DNA from: the human T2T-CHM13v2.0 reference genome, Homo sapiens
Length of the DNA: 64,000 nt
Assembly (NCBI RefSeq): GCF_009914755.1
Contig: NC_060928.1
Strand: one strand, 5' to 3'
A program made the translations under genes and the position numbers. Positions 27,801-49,073 of this stretch are shown in pieces. The notes under the pieces are model-generated. The model saw nothing but the letters and a program-made list of their open reading frames with translations, was not told the origin of the DNA and did no database searches. The first letter of the stretch is position 1; the number at the start of each line of letters is the position of its first letter.

Positions 27801-29205
27801 TGCATTTGCTGAGGAATGTTTTACATCCAATTATGTCATCAATTTTAGAATAAGTGCTATGTGGTGCTGAGAAGAACGTATATTCTGTCGATTTGGGGTG
27901 GGGAGTTCTGTAGGTGTCTATTAGGTCTGCTTGGTCCAGAGGTGAGTTCAAGTCTCGAATATCCTTGTTAATTTTCTGTCTCGTTGATCTGTCTAATATT
28001 GACAGTGGAGTGTTAAAGTCTCCCACTATTATTGTGTGGGAGTCTAAGTCTCTTTGTAGGTCTCTAAGAACTTGCTCTATGAATCTGGGTGCTCCTGTAT
28101 TGGGTGCATATATATTTAGGATAGTTAGCTCTTCTTGTTGCATTGATCACTTTACCATTATGTAATGCCCTTCTTTGTCTTTTTTTATCTTTGTTGGTTT
28201 AAAGTCTGTTTTATCAGAGACTAGGATTGCAACCCCTGCTTTATTTTGTTTGTTTGCTTTTGCTTTCCATTTGCTTGGTAAATATTCCTCCATTCTTTTA
28301 TTTTGAGCTTACATGTGTCTTTGCACATGAGATGGGTCTCCTGAATACAGCACACCAATAGGTCTTGACTCTTTATCCAATCTGCCAGTCTGTGTCTTTT
28401 AATTGGGGCATTTAGCCCATTTGCATTTAAGGTTAACATTGTTATGTGTTAGTTTGATCCTGTCGTTATGATGCTAGCTGGTTATTTTGCCCATTAGTTG
28501 ATGCAGTTTCTTCATAGTGTTAATGGTCTTTACAATTTGGTATGTTTTTGCAGTGGCTGGTACTGATTGTCCTTTCTATATTTAGTGCTTCCTTCAGGAG
28601 CTCTTGTAAGGCAGGACTGGTGGTGACAAAATCTCTCAGCATTTGCTTATCTGTAAAGGATTTTATTTCTCCTTCACTTATGAAGCTTAGTTTGGCTGGA
28701 TATGAAATTCTGGGTTAAAAATTCTTTTCTTTAAGAATGTTGAATATTGGCCCCCACTCTCTTCTGGCTTGTAGGTTTCTTCAGAGAGATCCACTGTTAG
28801 TCTGATGGGCTTCCCTTTGTGGATAACCCGACCTGTCTCTCTGGATGCCCTTAACATTTTTTCCTTCACTTCAACCTTGGTGAATCTGATGATTATGTGT
28901 CTTGAGGTTGCTCTTCTCCTGGAGTATCCTTGTGGTGTTCTCTGTATTTCCTGAATTTGAATATTGGCCTGTGTTGCTAGGTTGGGGAAGTTCTCCTGGA
29001 TAATCTCCTGAAGAGTGTTTTACAACTAGGTTCCATTCTCCCCATCATTTTCAGGGAAATCAAACGTAGGTTTGGTCTTTTCACGTAGTCTCATATTTCT
29101 TGGAAACTTTGTTCATTCTTTTTCATTCTTCTTCCTTTAATCTTGTCTTCACGCTTTATCTCATTAAGTTGATCTTCAATCTCTAATATCCTTTCTTCCA
29201 CTTGA

Positions 29206-32258
<3,053 letters not shown>

Positions 32259-33711
32259 AGAACATGCTCCTTTAGCTTGCAGGAGTTTTTTTTACCCATC
32301 TGCTGAAACTTTCTTCTGTCAATTCGTCAAACTCATTCTCTGTCCAGTTTTGTTCCCTTGCTGGCAAGAAGTTGTGATCCTTTGGAGGGAAGAGGTGTTC
32401 TGGTTTTTGGAATTTTCAGCCTTTTTGCACTGGTTTTTCCTCATCTTCGTGGATTTATCTACCTTTGGTCTTTGATGTTAGTGACCTGTGGATGGGGTTT
32501 TTATGTGGACATCCTTTTTGTTGATGTTGATGCTATTCCTTTCTGTTTTTTAGTTTTCTTTCTAACAGTCAGGCCTCTCTGCTGCAGGTCTGCTGGAGTT
32601 TGCTGGAGGTCCACTCCAGACCCTGTTTGCCTGGGTATCAACAGTGGATGCTGCAGAACAGCAAAGATTGCTGCCTGTTCCTTGTCTGGAAACTTCATCC
32701 CAGAGGGTCACCCGCCAGATGCCAGCCAGAGCTCTCCTGTATGAGGTGTCTGTTGACCCCTGCTGGGAGGTGTCTCCCCATAAGGAGACACGGGGGTCAG
32801 GGACCCACTTGAGGAGGCAGTCTGTCCCTTATCAGAGCTCGAGCACTGTGCTTGGTAGATCCACTGCTCTCTTCAGAGCTGGCAAGCAGGAACATTTAAG
32901 TCTGCTGAAGCTGTGCCCGCAGTAGCCCCTTCCCCCAGGTGCTCTGTCCCAGGGAGATGGTAGTTTTATCTAGAAGCCCCTGACTGGGGCTGCTGCCTTT
33001 CTTTCAGAGATGCCCTGCCCAGAGAGGAGGAATCTGGAGAGGCAATCTAGCTACAGAGGCTTTGTCGAGCTGCAGTGGGCTCCACCCAGTTCAAACTTCC
33101 CAGCAGCTTTGTTTACACTATGAGGGGAAAACCACCTACTCATGCCTCAGTAATGGTGGATGCCCCTCCCCCAACCAAGGTCAAGCATCCCAGGTCAACT
33201 TCAGACTCCTGTGCTGGCAGTGAGAATTTCAAGCCAGTGGATCTCAGCTTTCTGGGCTCCATGGTGGTGAGATTTGCTGAGCTAGACCACTTGGCTCCCT
33301 GGCTTCAGCCCCCTTTCCTGGGGAGTGAAGGTTGTGTCTGGCTGGCATTCCAGGTGCCACTGAGGTACGAAAAAAAAAAAAAAACTCCTGCAGCTAGCTC
33401 GGTGTCTGCCCAAATGGTCTCCAAGTTTTGTGCTTGAAACCCAGGGCCCTGGTGGCATAGGCACCCAAGGGAATCTCCTGGTCTGCAGGTTGCCAAGACC
33501 ATGGGAAAAGTGTAGTATCTGGGCTGGAATGCACCATTCCTCACAGCACAGTCCCTCGTGGCTTCCCTTGGCTAGGGGAAGGAGTTCCCTGACCCCTTGC
33601 ACTTCCCAGGTGAGGTGACACCCCACCCTGCTTCAGCTTGCCCTCCGTGGGCTGCACCCACTGTGTAACCAGTCCCAGTGAGGTGGGCTGTGTACCTCAG
33701 CTGGAAATGCA

Positions 33712-34382
<671 letters not shown>

Positions 34383-34442
34383 TATTCCTGAACTTTTTAG
34401 ATTATAATATAGTTAACAGAGTGCTAAATTACTGGAGATTGA

Positions 34443-34768
<326 letters not shown>

Positions 34769-35398
34769 AGCATTTGGTAATATCTTGATGTTGCTAGTTT
34801 TGTTTTAGGAATGTGTTTCCCTCATGAATTCCAGGAGCACAGGTGGTTGGAAGGGCTCTCTTGACAGTGATTTTATAGCTCACCATCAGATCACAGCATA
34901 AGACTGAAGGCTTGACTCATCTTTCTTCTCTTGTCCTTAGTTTGTCCATTTGTAAAAGGAGAGAGATTTTGCTGGAGGATATTTGAGGACTCTTTTATCT
35001 CTAACATCCCATGAATTGCAAACATTATTAACTACTGTTACCTTTCATGACAGCAGGTAGTTGAATCCAAATTGCATTCTCTTTTCTAGTTAATGTGTTT
35101 CAGCCTTCTGCGATTTTGTATTAGACAAGAAATATATGGGACCCTCTTTTTCCTGACATGAGGGAATACAGCTGGTAATTTGCATCTCTCTTGGGGACCT
35201 AGATATACTTTCACATCATCTGCTTTCTTCTGAAGACTTGAGGTGTCTGAACAGGATAGTACTAAAGTCACTGTTAAGTCAAGACCAGGCCGAGAAAAAC
35301 TTCCTTTGTATCTGCAAAATAAAACACACAATGTTTTAATACTAAAGATTTTTAAGCCCACTCTATTGACTAGGAATGGCTTTCTTATTACTACATAG

Positions 35399-35804
<406 letters not shown>

Positions 35805-36344
35805 TGAGCTGAGCACTCCTTGCCCAATTTTTACTCCCCTATCTTCTCCAGCATCTACTCTCCCTCTGACACAGCCCCATACACTACAGGCTTCTACATG
35901 GCCATCTTTAATTCAATTCAGCAAATATTCATGGATGCATATGACCTGCCCAGCTCTGCGGTGGGTGTTAGGGATATAATCTTCAATATAATTAGGGACC
36001 TACCACATGAATTAACCACAAAGCACTCCTCTGGGTTATGTAAACAAATTGACCTACTGCGTAGGTTCGCTTAACATTGAACACTTAAAAATTAGAAAAC
36101 CAGTGCCTCAGATTATTTTCTTTTTTTTTTTTTCCACAGTTAATGAAAATTTCCTCACCTTGCTGACATTGGAAACTTTGTCGTGTAATGCTTTGTCTGA
36201 TTCATGACAATAGAACAATTTTGTCATTATCTACAAGGAAGGACACTTCTATTTAGAATGTTAAGAGAAAACATAGATATTTCTTTCCTTTCATCCAAAA
36301 GTGAAAACCAAACTATAAACATATACATTAAAGGAATTGGTGCA

Positions 36345-36735
36345 GATATGGTTTGAATATATGTCCCCACCAAGTCCCAAGTTGAATTGTAATCCCCAGT
36401 GCTGGAAGTTGGGCCTGGTTGGAGGTAGGGCCTGGTGGGTCAGGAGGGTCAATCCCTCATGGTGCTATCCTCCTGATAGTGAGTGAGTTCTCACGAGATC
36501 TGATTGTTTATGTGTGTGGCACCACCCCCATCTTGTTCCTGCTCTCACCATGTGAAGTGCCGGCTCCGACTTCACCTTCTGCCATGAGTAAGAGCTTCCT
36601 GAGGCCTCCCCAGAAGCAGATGCCAGCACTGTTTCCTGTACAGCCTGCAGAACTGTGAGCCAATTAAACCTCTTTTCTTATAAGTTACCCAGTCTCAGGT
36701 ATTTCTTTCTAGCAATGCAAGAACGGCCTAATACT
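36345..36735 (+). mobile_element. MaLR solo LTR (MSTA/B-like)
   Basis: GATATGGTTTGAAT...AATTAAACCTCTTTTC...CCTAATAC. Confidence 0.82.
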
Positions 36736-37104
36736 GGTGCTAACATACGACATTCATAAACACAAATAAAATAATGTGGTCTGTCAAGAGGCCATTCTGC
36801 CCACCCTAGTTCTGTAGATGGGTAATTAGGAGATAGATTTGGCAGAAACATTATTCATCAGAAATCCATGTCAAGTTCATATGCTCTTGGCCTAGCTGGC
36901 TCCTGCTCACCAAATCAAAATCTGAATAAAAGTTGGAAAAAAGTTTTAATTTGCCTGGATATATTTCTTCATGAGATAAAAGAAGATATAGCTAAATATT
37001 CAATAGCAGAATAATTATATCTGAAATCACCTTGCTTTTCCTGAAATGTATTAAAGCTGCATTTTACAAGAAAGGATTTTGACTTCTAGTTTTGAGGGTC
37101 TATC

Positions 37105-37780
37105 TGAAACGGCCTTTGCAAAGTTATGACTGAGACAGCGAAAGACATCTAACCTAACTGACTCCATCTTTTTTCTAAACTTTAAGCTGTACTTGTTCCT
37201 TCCTGGGCATCTGCTGAACTAACTTTGGGAGGAACTTAGTTTATAGTTTAAAACAAAAATGATAACACTCCTCTCCCAAAACAAACCTTCTTGCCTGGGG
37301 ACAAGAATGCCTTTGTAGGACTAACAAATTAGGCACAAGATTAGAAATTATGGTTTAAGAGTAATGCAGCTGGAGGCTACAAGATTCTGGCCCTCCCTAA
37401 ACTGCTCCTAACATCAGTGCTTCAGATATTTTGCAGACCCTGCACTTGATGAATCAGCTGGCACACCCAGATCAATAAACTGGCTCATCTGATCTTGTGG
37501 TCCCCACCCAGGAACTGACTCAGCACAAGAGGACATCTTCAACTTCCCATGATTTCATCTCCAACTCAACCAATCAGTGCTCTCAACTCACTGGCTTTTC
37601 CCCACCCACCAAATTATCCTTAAAAACTCTGATCTCCAAATGCTCAGGGGGACTGATTTGAGTGATGATAAAACTCTGGTCTCCTCCACAGCTGGCTCTG
37701 CATGAATAACTCTTTCTCTATTGCAATTCCCCCACCTTGATAAATCCACTCTGTCTAGGCAGCGGGCAAGGTGAACCCAC
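37105..37780 (+). mobile_element. ERV1 solo LTR (LTR8-like)
   Basis: TGAAACGGCCTTTGCAAAGTTATGACTGAGACAG...GGGCAAGGTGAACCC. Confidence 0.75.
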
Positions 37781-37809
37781 ACATGCAATGAACCAGTCTA
37801 TTTCTACAA

Positions 37810-38130
37810 GGTTAGATTGTCTAAACTTTCACTGTCTCATAAGGTAGTTGCTAAGTCCAGGTGGCTATTGAGAACTTGAAATTTGGCTAGTCTAAACTAA
37901 GATATGTTTTAAGTGTAAAATACACAGTGGATTTTGAAGACTTAAATGAAAAAGAGAATGTAGAATACCTCAATATTTTGTTATATGGATTACATAATAA
38001 AATGATATTATTTTGGATATGTTGGTTAAGTAAAATATATTATTAAAAGAAATGTCATGTGTTTCTTTTCACTCTACTAAAATATGTTACATTCATGGCT
38101 TCCATAATATTTATTTTGGACAGCTCTGAC
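37810..38130. mobile_element. hAT DNA-transposon fossil (MER33/MER3-like)
   Basis: GTGGCTATTGAG...AAGTGTAAAATACAC...TTGGACAGC. Confidence 0.6.
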
Positions 38131-38236
38131 TTATAATCTATTTTAAAGTACTTCAGCAAAGTCAGTGTGATTGTTAGTTTTCATCCATATTCTACAAATG
38201 GACATTTGAAAGCCAACATTCTGGAGACGGCTCTAA

Positions 38237-38579
<343 letters not shown>

Positions 38580-39209
38580 AAAGATATCTTTATCTCTAAT
38601 CAATCCCAGAGGGCTTATGAGGTAGATTGCATTATTGTTACAAATAAGTACAGCTATATTTGGAGTCCTTCCCTATTGGAGAACTATAGTTCCCACATTG
38701 GCTTCGGGCTTGGTCACATGACTTGCTTTGGCCAGCCAGTGAAATGTGAGTGGCAGTGATATATACCACTCCAAGCAGATGCTTTAAAAGTCCTCACGTG
38801 GCCTGTCCACTCTCTTTTCCCTGTGCCACAAGACCACATGTCCCATATGGGGACAATTTCCTCAGCCTGGGCACTGGAATAAAGACAACATGGAGTAGAC
38901 CCTTGAGGGATATGTACTCCAAGAGAGAAGAAACTCTTTCCCCAGAGAGAAGCCAAAAACTAGAGAAAGAGGAGGACGTGGGAGCTAGTAAGGTGTTTGT
39001 TTTCCCTTGAGCCCCAAAACCACATTTAAGCTCCTACAGTTTGGCAGATGAGGGCCAGGAGTTGATATAAGTCTTTGGGAGGGACTCCAGAACTGCAGGC
39101 AGTTCTACAAGGCTATCTGTATCTAATTTGCTCACTGCTGTGTTCGAGGACCAAACAGTGCCTGACACACAGTAGGAGTTCAACAAACATTTGTTGAATA
39201 AATGAATGA

Positions 39210-40942
<1,733 letters not shown>

Positions 40943-41736
40943 TACATAACATTATGTACCTTACATAACCTCAGCACCTCACTTGCTGTGGAAAGCTATC
41001 TAGGCCCCAGTAAAGCAATACAGTTAGGTTTCAGCCTCCTGGGGCAGCTTAGCTGGAACATAAGGTTATTAGACCTAAGAGGAGCTGCTAAACCAGCTTG
41101 GGGCCAAAGCATGGCAGGTGATCCTTCCCAAGCCTACTATGGGACGAGGTGAAACTGTGGGCCACAAGGATTTATGTAAGTTTCCTTTTCTTTTAGGAAA
41201 ATTTCACTTTGCAAGAGGAAATGTTCTTAGTAGTCTACAGAAGGATAGATTTCCCAGGTTTCTGGTTATTAACAGAAATGTTAATACCCTAGAAAGGTAA
41301 TTTGGAATGTTTGTACTAGGGATGTCTTGGATTTAAGTATTATCTGGTGTGTTCTCTCTCCTATGCATGCATCAGGCTTGTATTTTCAGCTTTAACTCCT
41401 GCTCTTCCTTTATACATACATACTCAACATATTAGCTATGGAACTACCACTAGTTCCCATGCATGCAAACAATATGCTTTCAGCCTATTTATATTTATGT
41501 CCATAGTCTAAGTTCTAAATACCCATCAAGAGCTTGCCCAAATGGTATCCATGAAATTCTCCCTGATCTGCCATTACTTTCAACTTTCCAAAAGCACTTG
41601 ATACGTAATTTTTGACAGCACATGTTACTTTCTTGTTTGCATTAGCTTCTGTGTCACAGTTTGCCTACTGGATTTGAAAGGAAGATTTAGCATTTTTTTT
41701 CATTGCCCTCTCAGTACCTAATTCTGTAAATAGAAG

Positions 41737-43365
41737 TTTTTTCCTGTATTTTCTTCTAAGAGTTTTATAGTTTTAGCTCTTAATGTTTAGGTGTTTGATC
41801 CTCAAAAGGTATTTATTGAGCCCTCAATCTGGATTACCCAATGATGTTGGCATATGACACCAAAAGCACAGGCAACAAAAGAAAAAATAGGTAAACAGGA
41901 CTTTATCAAACTTTTGATACACAGACTTTTGTGTATCAAAAGACATTATTGACAGTGAAAAGACAACCCACAGAGTGGGGGAAATATGTGCACATCATAT
42001 ATCTGATAAGAGATTAATGCCCTCAACATATAAAGAATTTATACAATCCAACAACAAAAAAACAAACAATCTGATTAAAAAATGGGTGAATGACTTGCAT
42101 AGACAGTTCTCCAAAGAAGACACAAATGGCCAGAGTAGGCACATGAAGAGAGGCCCAATATCAGTAATCACTGGGAAAATGCAAATCAAAACCACAACGA
42201 GATACCACTTCACACCCATTAGGATGGCTATAATAAACAAAGCAAAACAATCTCCAGGAAATAACAGTGTTGAAGAGATGGAGGAATTGGAATCCATGAG
42301 CATTACTAATGGGAATGTAAAATGGTGCAGCTGCTATGCAAAGATAGTATAAAGCTTGCTCAAAAAATTAAACAGAATTACCATATGATCCAGCAATTTC
42401 ACTTCTGAGTATGTACCTAAAAGAGTTAAAAGCAGGAGCGTTTTTAATTCTTAGCAAACAGATATTTGTACACCCATGTTCATAGCAGCATTATTCACCA
42501 TAGCCAAAAGGTGGAAACAACTCGAATGTCCCTTTGATGGAGGCATGAATATAGAAATTGTGGTCTATACATACAAGAAATATTATTCAGCCTTAAAAAG
42601 GAATAAAATCCTAACATGAATCTTGAATGATGAATCTTGAAGACATTATGCTAAGTGAAATAAGTCAGACACGAAAGGACAAATATTGTATGACTCCATT
42701 CATATGAGGTAACTAGAGTAGTGAAATTCATAGTGTTAAATCAAGTTTAGCCTAAAGCTGCCTCCTTACATATTTTAAGTTTGGTCTAAGGGTTTCTCTG
42801 TACATCGTGAACTATAACAAGTGGAGGTGTAAACAGACCATAACCTATACTTGAGCCAATCTCTGAGTTTTGGCCGATCAAATGTAGCCAACGGTTGGAA
42901 CCAAGTTGAAATAAGCCAAATGCCAAGCTGTAACCAATCTGGCTGTTTCTGTGCCTCACTTCTGTTTTCTGTAAATCACTTTCCCTTTTCTGTCCATAAA
43001 TCTTCTTCTATCACATGGTTGCACTGGAGTCTCTGAGCCCACTCTGGCTGGAAAGGCTGCCCGATTTATGAATTGTTCATTGCTCGATTAAACTCCTTCA
43101 GATTTAATTTACCTAAAGTATGTCTTTTATCAATAGAGACAGAAAGAAGAATGGTAGATGCTAGAATGTGTGGGGAGGAGGATTAGGAGAGTTAGTATCT
43201 AATGGGTACAGAGTTTCTGTTTGGAAAATTGAAGAAGTTCTGGAGATGAATAGTGGTGATGGTTGCATAACAATTGAATATACTTAGTGCAACTGAAATG
43301 TGTGGCATTTGAAAAATGGTTATCATGTCAATCTTATGTATATTTTACCACCAAAAAGAAAAAAG
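41737..43365 (+). mobile_element. Old L1M(B)-type 3' fragment with 5' inversion, split by an LTR
   Basis: ORF2 C-terminal remnant (ORF-track 41975..42352) and 3' UTR; antisense ORF2 piece at 41737-41801. Confidence 0.8.
42734..43132 (+). mobile_element. ERV1 solo LTR (MER57-like)
   Basis: TG...CA ends with 4-bp TSD ATAG at 42730-42733 and 43133-43136. Confidence 0.85.
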
Positions 43366-43539
43366 AAACCATGTGATTACATAGAATCATGGAGAGGGCT
43401 TTGGAGACAGCTTCTGTAATTCACAGGCCTCACCTCAGGCAGAGTATACCTAAGCAATCCTTAAAAACAAGGATTTATCAAGTTTAACAAAATTTGCCAG
43501 AAATGAGCATCTGTTACTGTTGTCAACCAAATGTCCTGG

Positions 43540-44235
<696 letters not shown>

Positions 44236-44253
44236 ACATTCTTCTAGAGGAGG

Positions 44254-46315
44254 TGATATGGTTTGGCTGTGCTCCCACACAAATCTTATCTTGAATTGTA
44301 GTTCCTATAATCCTCACATGTTGTGGGAGGGACCTGGTGGGAGGTAATTGAATCATTGAGGCAGTTACCCCCATGCTGCTCTTCTCATGACAGTGAGTTC
44401 TCATGAGATCTGATGGTTTTATAAGGGGGTTTCCTCCTCTTTGCTCTGCACTTCTCCTTGTTGCTGCCATGTGAAGAAGGATGTGTTTGCTTCCCCTTCT
44501 GCCATGATCGTAAGTTTCCTGAGGCCTCCACAGCCCTGCGGAAGTGTGAGTCAATTAAACCTCTTTCTTTTATAAATTACCCAGTCTTGGTGCCCTGTGT
44601 CCCAACAGCTCTAGCCATGGCTGAAAGGGGCCAAGGTACAGCTTGGGCTGTGGCTTCAGAGTGTGCAAGCCCCAAGCCTTGGCAGCTTCCATGTGATGTT
44701 GAGCCTGTGGGTGCACAGAAGTCAAAAATTGAGGTTTGGGAACCTCTGCCTACATTTCAGAGGATGCATGGAAATGCCTGGATGTCCAGGCTGACGTTTG
44801 CTACAGGGGTGGAGCCCTCATGGAGAACCTCTGCTAGGGCAGTGTGGAAGGGAAATGTGGGGTTAGAGTCCCCACACAGAGTCTCCACTGGGGCACTGCC
44901 TAGTGGAGCTGTGAGAAGAGGCCCACTATCCTCCAGATCCCGGCATGGTAGATTCACCAGCAGCTTGCAACTTCCACCTGGAAAAGCTGCAGACACTCAA
45001 TGCCAGACTATGATGGAAGCTGGGAGGGGTCTGTACCCTGCAGATCCACAGGGATGGAGCTGCCCAAACTGTGGGTGCCCACCTCTTGCATCAGCATAAC
45101 CTGGATGTGAGACATGAAGTCAAAGGAGATCATTTCAGAGCTTTAAGATTTGACTGTCCCACTGGATTTTTGGATTTGCTTGGGGCCTATAGCACCCTCA
45201 TTTTGGCCAATTTCTGTATGGAATCAGTCAGGGTGGTGGGAGAAATTATAAAGATAAAGTTATAGGAAATAGACACAAACCTTCTTGGAATGCTGGGAGT
45301 TTTGCATAGCTTCAGTAAAAGATTTGACTGAAGGCAGCTGAATTCTCTTAAAAGCTTACATAGGAATGTAGAGGAGTTTATCTAAATAGCTTGTTTACTC
45401 ATGTGGTCCTAAGACTATCCTTTGATCATCTGTGGTGCATAACTGCTCTCTACTTGGGAGGTCGGCAATGTTAATTACCCTCTAGTGGTGTTTACTCAAG
45501 ACCTTTGTCATTTAATCTGTACTAAATAAATGCGAACTTCTCTGGCTAATTGAGGCCATGGCTGCTGACTCTTCACAGCACCCTCCTCAGGGTCTGTGAG
45601 TGGCCCCGTCCCCTAGCCCGCTCCTTCATTGGATATCTGTGTCTGAGTGCATTTGTTCATCAGTCACTGGGTCAGGGTCTGTGGGTAGGACTCGGCACTC
45701 CCATTTGGAACAAGCATATTTACCCAATGCCTATAGCTCCATTGTATCTAGGAAGTAACTAACTTGCTTTTGATTTTACAGGGTCATAGGTGGAAGGGAC
45801 TTGCCTTGTCGCAGATGAGACTTTGGACTTGGACTTTTGGGTTAATGCTGGAATGAGTTAAGACTTTGGGGGACTGTTGGGAAGGCATGATTGTGTTTTA
45901 AAATGTGAGAACATGAGATTTAGGAGAGGCCAGAGTTGGAATGATATGGTTTGGCTGTGTTCCCATCCAAATCTCATCTTGAATTGTAGTTCCCATAATC
46001 CTTATATGTCATGGGAGTGACCTGGTGGGTGGTAATTGAATCATGGGGGCAGTTAGCCCCATGCTGCTGTTCTTATGGTATTGAGTTCTCATTAGATCCG
46101 ATGGTTTTATAACATGCTTTCCCCCATTTTGCTTGGCATTTCTCCTTCTTGCCATCATGTGAAGAAGGACGTGCTTGCTCCCCCTTCTGCCATGATTGCA
46201 AGTTTCCTGAGGCCTCCCCAGCCCTATGGAACTGTGGGTCAATAAAATGTCTCTCCTTTATAAATTACCCAGTCTTGGGAAGTTCTTTATAGCAGTGTGA
46301 GAATGGACTAATATA
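44254..46315 (+). mobile_element. THE1 (C/D-like) MaLR with two LTRs and partly deleted internal region
   Basis: LTRs at 44254-44590 and 45942-46315 (TGATATGGTTTGGCTG), THE1-int between; TSD GGAGG/GCAGG. Confidence 0.9.
45215..45697 (+). mobile_element. LTR22-like (HML-5) solo LTR inside THE1-int
   Basis: TGTATGGAATCAGTCAGGGTGGTGGGAG...GGACTCGGCA interrupts the THE1-int sequence AATTTCTCCCATTTGG. Confidence 0.75.
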
Positions 46316-46316
46316 G

Positions 46317-46644
46317 CAGGGGTCCCCACCCTCCAGCCCACAGACCAGTACTAACCTGTTAGGAACTGGGCCTCATAGCAGGAGGTGAGTGCTGGGGGAG
46401 CAAGCATTACCACCTGAGCTCCACCTCCTATCAGATCAGCAGTGGCAATAGATTCCCATAGGAGCTCGAACCGTATTACGGACTGCACATTCAAGGGATC
46501 TAGGTTGCATGCTCTTTATGAGACTCTAATGCCTGATAATCTCAGGTGGAACAGTTTCATCCCAAAACCATTCCCTACTCCCGTCTGTGGAAAAATTGTC
46601 TTCTATGAAACCAATCCCTGATACCAAAAAGTTGGCGACCACTG
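46317..46644 (+). mobile_element. MER1-type hAT element
   Basis: CAGGGGTCCCC...GACCACTG termini; 8-bp TSD TTCTAGAG at 44242-44249 and 46645-46652. Confidence 0.85.
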
Positions 46645-47446
46645 TTCTAGAGAACTAACTTAAAATCTTCATAAATAGTTTACTTAATCTCTTCTTTCCT
46701 TTTGTTTTCTTTTAAAATGTATTTGTTGAGGACCTCTATTCCATATGGCACTATGCAGGAGATATCATGGAGAAAAAAGTGGTAGCAGTATAGACAGTGA
46801 TTAAACACAGACTCTGGATTTCAATGCCACTTTTATCCCCCTGTTATCTATGGGTGCATTATTTAACCCCTCTGCATCTCAATTTCCACATATATAAAAT
46901 GGGCACAATAATACTACCCATCTCATAGGGTTTGTGCTGAATATCTTCTGTTTGCCTCTCCAGATTCATTCTCCACACTTCTCCATCCTGTTCTTGACCC
47001 TGGGAATTTGACCTGCTTGGGCTGCTTCAATGAATTTACTTGCTCTCTGGCTTCAATTTGGATTTGGCCATTGGGGATCCCTGGTAGGAGATCAGAGGGA
47101 GGTAGGAATAAAGAGGTTGGGTTTTTGTTGTTGTTGTTTTTAGAGACAAGTCTCCCTGTATTCCTCAGGCTGGAGTGCAGTAGCTTTTCACAAAGGCAAT
47201 CATAGTGTACTATAGCCTCAAACTCCTGGGCTCAAGTGGTCCTCCTTGTTCAGCCTTGCGAGTAGCTGGGACTATAGGTGCAGCCAGTTTTGAGGTTGAG
47301 TTTTTTACCCCAGCTTCCTCCTTGTAGGGATGCTGCAGGAATGGCTGCCTTCCCGACCAGAGGTTACAACTGCTGCCACTGCAGCACTCTCTACATGACT
47401 TCCTTTTTCTGAGTTTCCATGAACATCCCCTCCCTTTACAACATGT

Positions 47447-47988
47447 GTTTCTAACACAAAGCTGCCTGTAAAATTGAGCTGCAGACATAAATAAGCAAGC
47501 TGGAAGCTTGCATGGGTGAATGTTAGCAGCTGTTCCAATAGGAGAAGCCTACCAGGGGGCTAGGCATGTTCAACATGGCGGCTCCATCTTCCCTTTTCCT
47601 TGCCAACCACATGAACAGTAAGGAGCAGACAATGCGGAGCTGGTAAAGTAGAGAAGCCACTTGCATAATAGAAGACTAGGGTGGGATGGCCAGCTTCCTC
47701 TTGAACTATGTAAATGTCTCACCTGGTCCAACCATTCTTTGGGCCCTGTGTAGATCAGATAGCTCCTCCCCAAGCCAGTCTTTAAAACCCCTGTGCACTT
47801 CATCATGGGACCAGAAGACCCACTTGGGTGCCCCTCTCTCTCTGCAGAAAAGAAAGCTATTTTCTTTTCTCCTTCTTTCACCTATTAAACCTCCACTCTT
47901 AAACTGACTCCTGTGTATCTATGTCCTTGATTTCCTTGGCATGAGGCAACGAACCTCGGATGCTACCCCAGACAATGACGCCACTTCA
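47447..47988 (+). mobile_element. 5'-deleted ERV1 LTR (LTR9-like)
   Basis: GCAAGCTGGAAGCTTGCATGGGTGAATG...CCCCAGACAATGACGCCACTTCA. Confidence 0.75.
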
Positions 47989-47989
47989 C

Positions 47990-48193
47990 TGTGATGTCTG
48001 GCTTAAACTGGAGCTGGAGCAGCAGGGCTCCATCCACACCAAAGGCTGCATGGGTCAGTTTGAGAAACGGCTGCTGGACAACCTGATCGTCATTACCTAG
48101 GTCTTTGTGAGTATCACCTTCCTTCAGATCTTTGGCATCTTTCTGGCCTGGAACCTCCTGAGTGACATCAAAGCAGTGAAAGGCAACTGGTGA
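47990..48193 (+). pseudogene. TSPAN17 processed-pseudogene fragment (C-terminal coding part; probable 3' UTR to ~49170)
   Basis: Translates as CDVWLKLELEQQGSIHTKGCMGQFEKRLLDNLIVIT*VFVSITFLQIFGIFLAWNLLSDIKAVKGNW*, recognised as a diverged TSPAN17 C-terminus; in-frame TAG at 48098-48100; intronless. Confidence 0.88.
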
Positions 48194-48276
48194 GTCTGCC
48201 ATGGGCCATTGCCACATGTCCAGCTAATTGAGGCCTCTAGTGGGCACCCCCCTCCCCCATGGAGGACCTTCTCCTA

Positions 48277-49073
<797 letters not shown>

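Noticed and set aside
24613-28869. RT/endonuclease-like ORFs as a novel retron- or defence-type system
   Set aside because: They are fragments of ordinary primate LINE-1 ORF1/ORF2 with frameshifts and stops
38682-38695. Palindrome GAACTATAGTTC / ZNF143-like motif
   Set aside because: Short, within a decayed LTR-like region, and compatible with chance
44458-45099. 213-aa ORF
   Set aside because: Spans THE1 LTR and internal sequence; MaLR remnant
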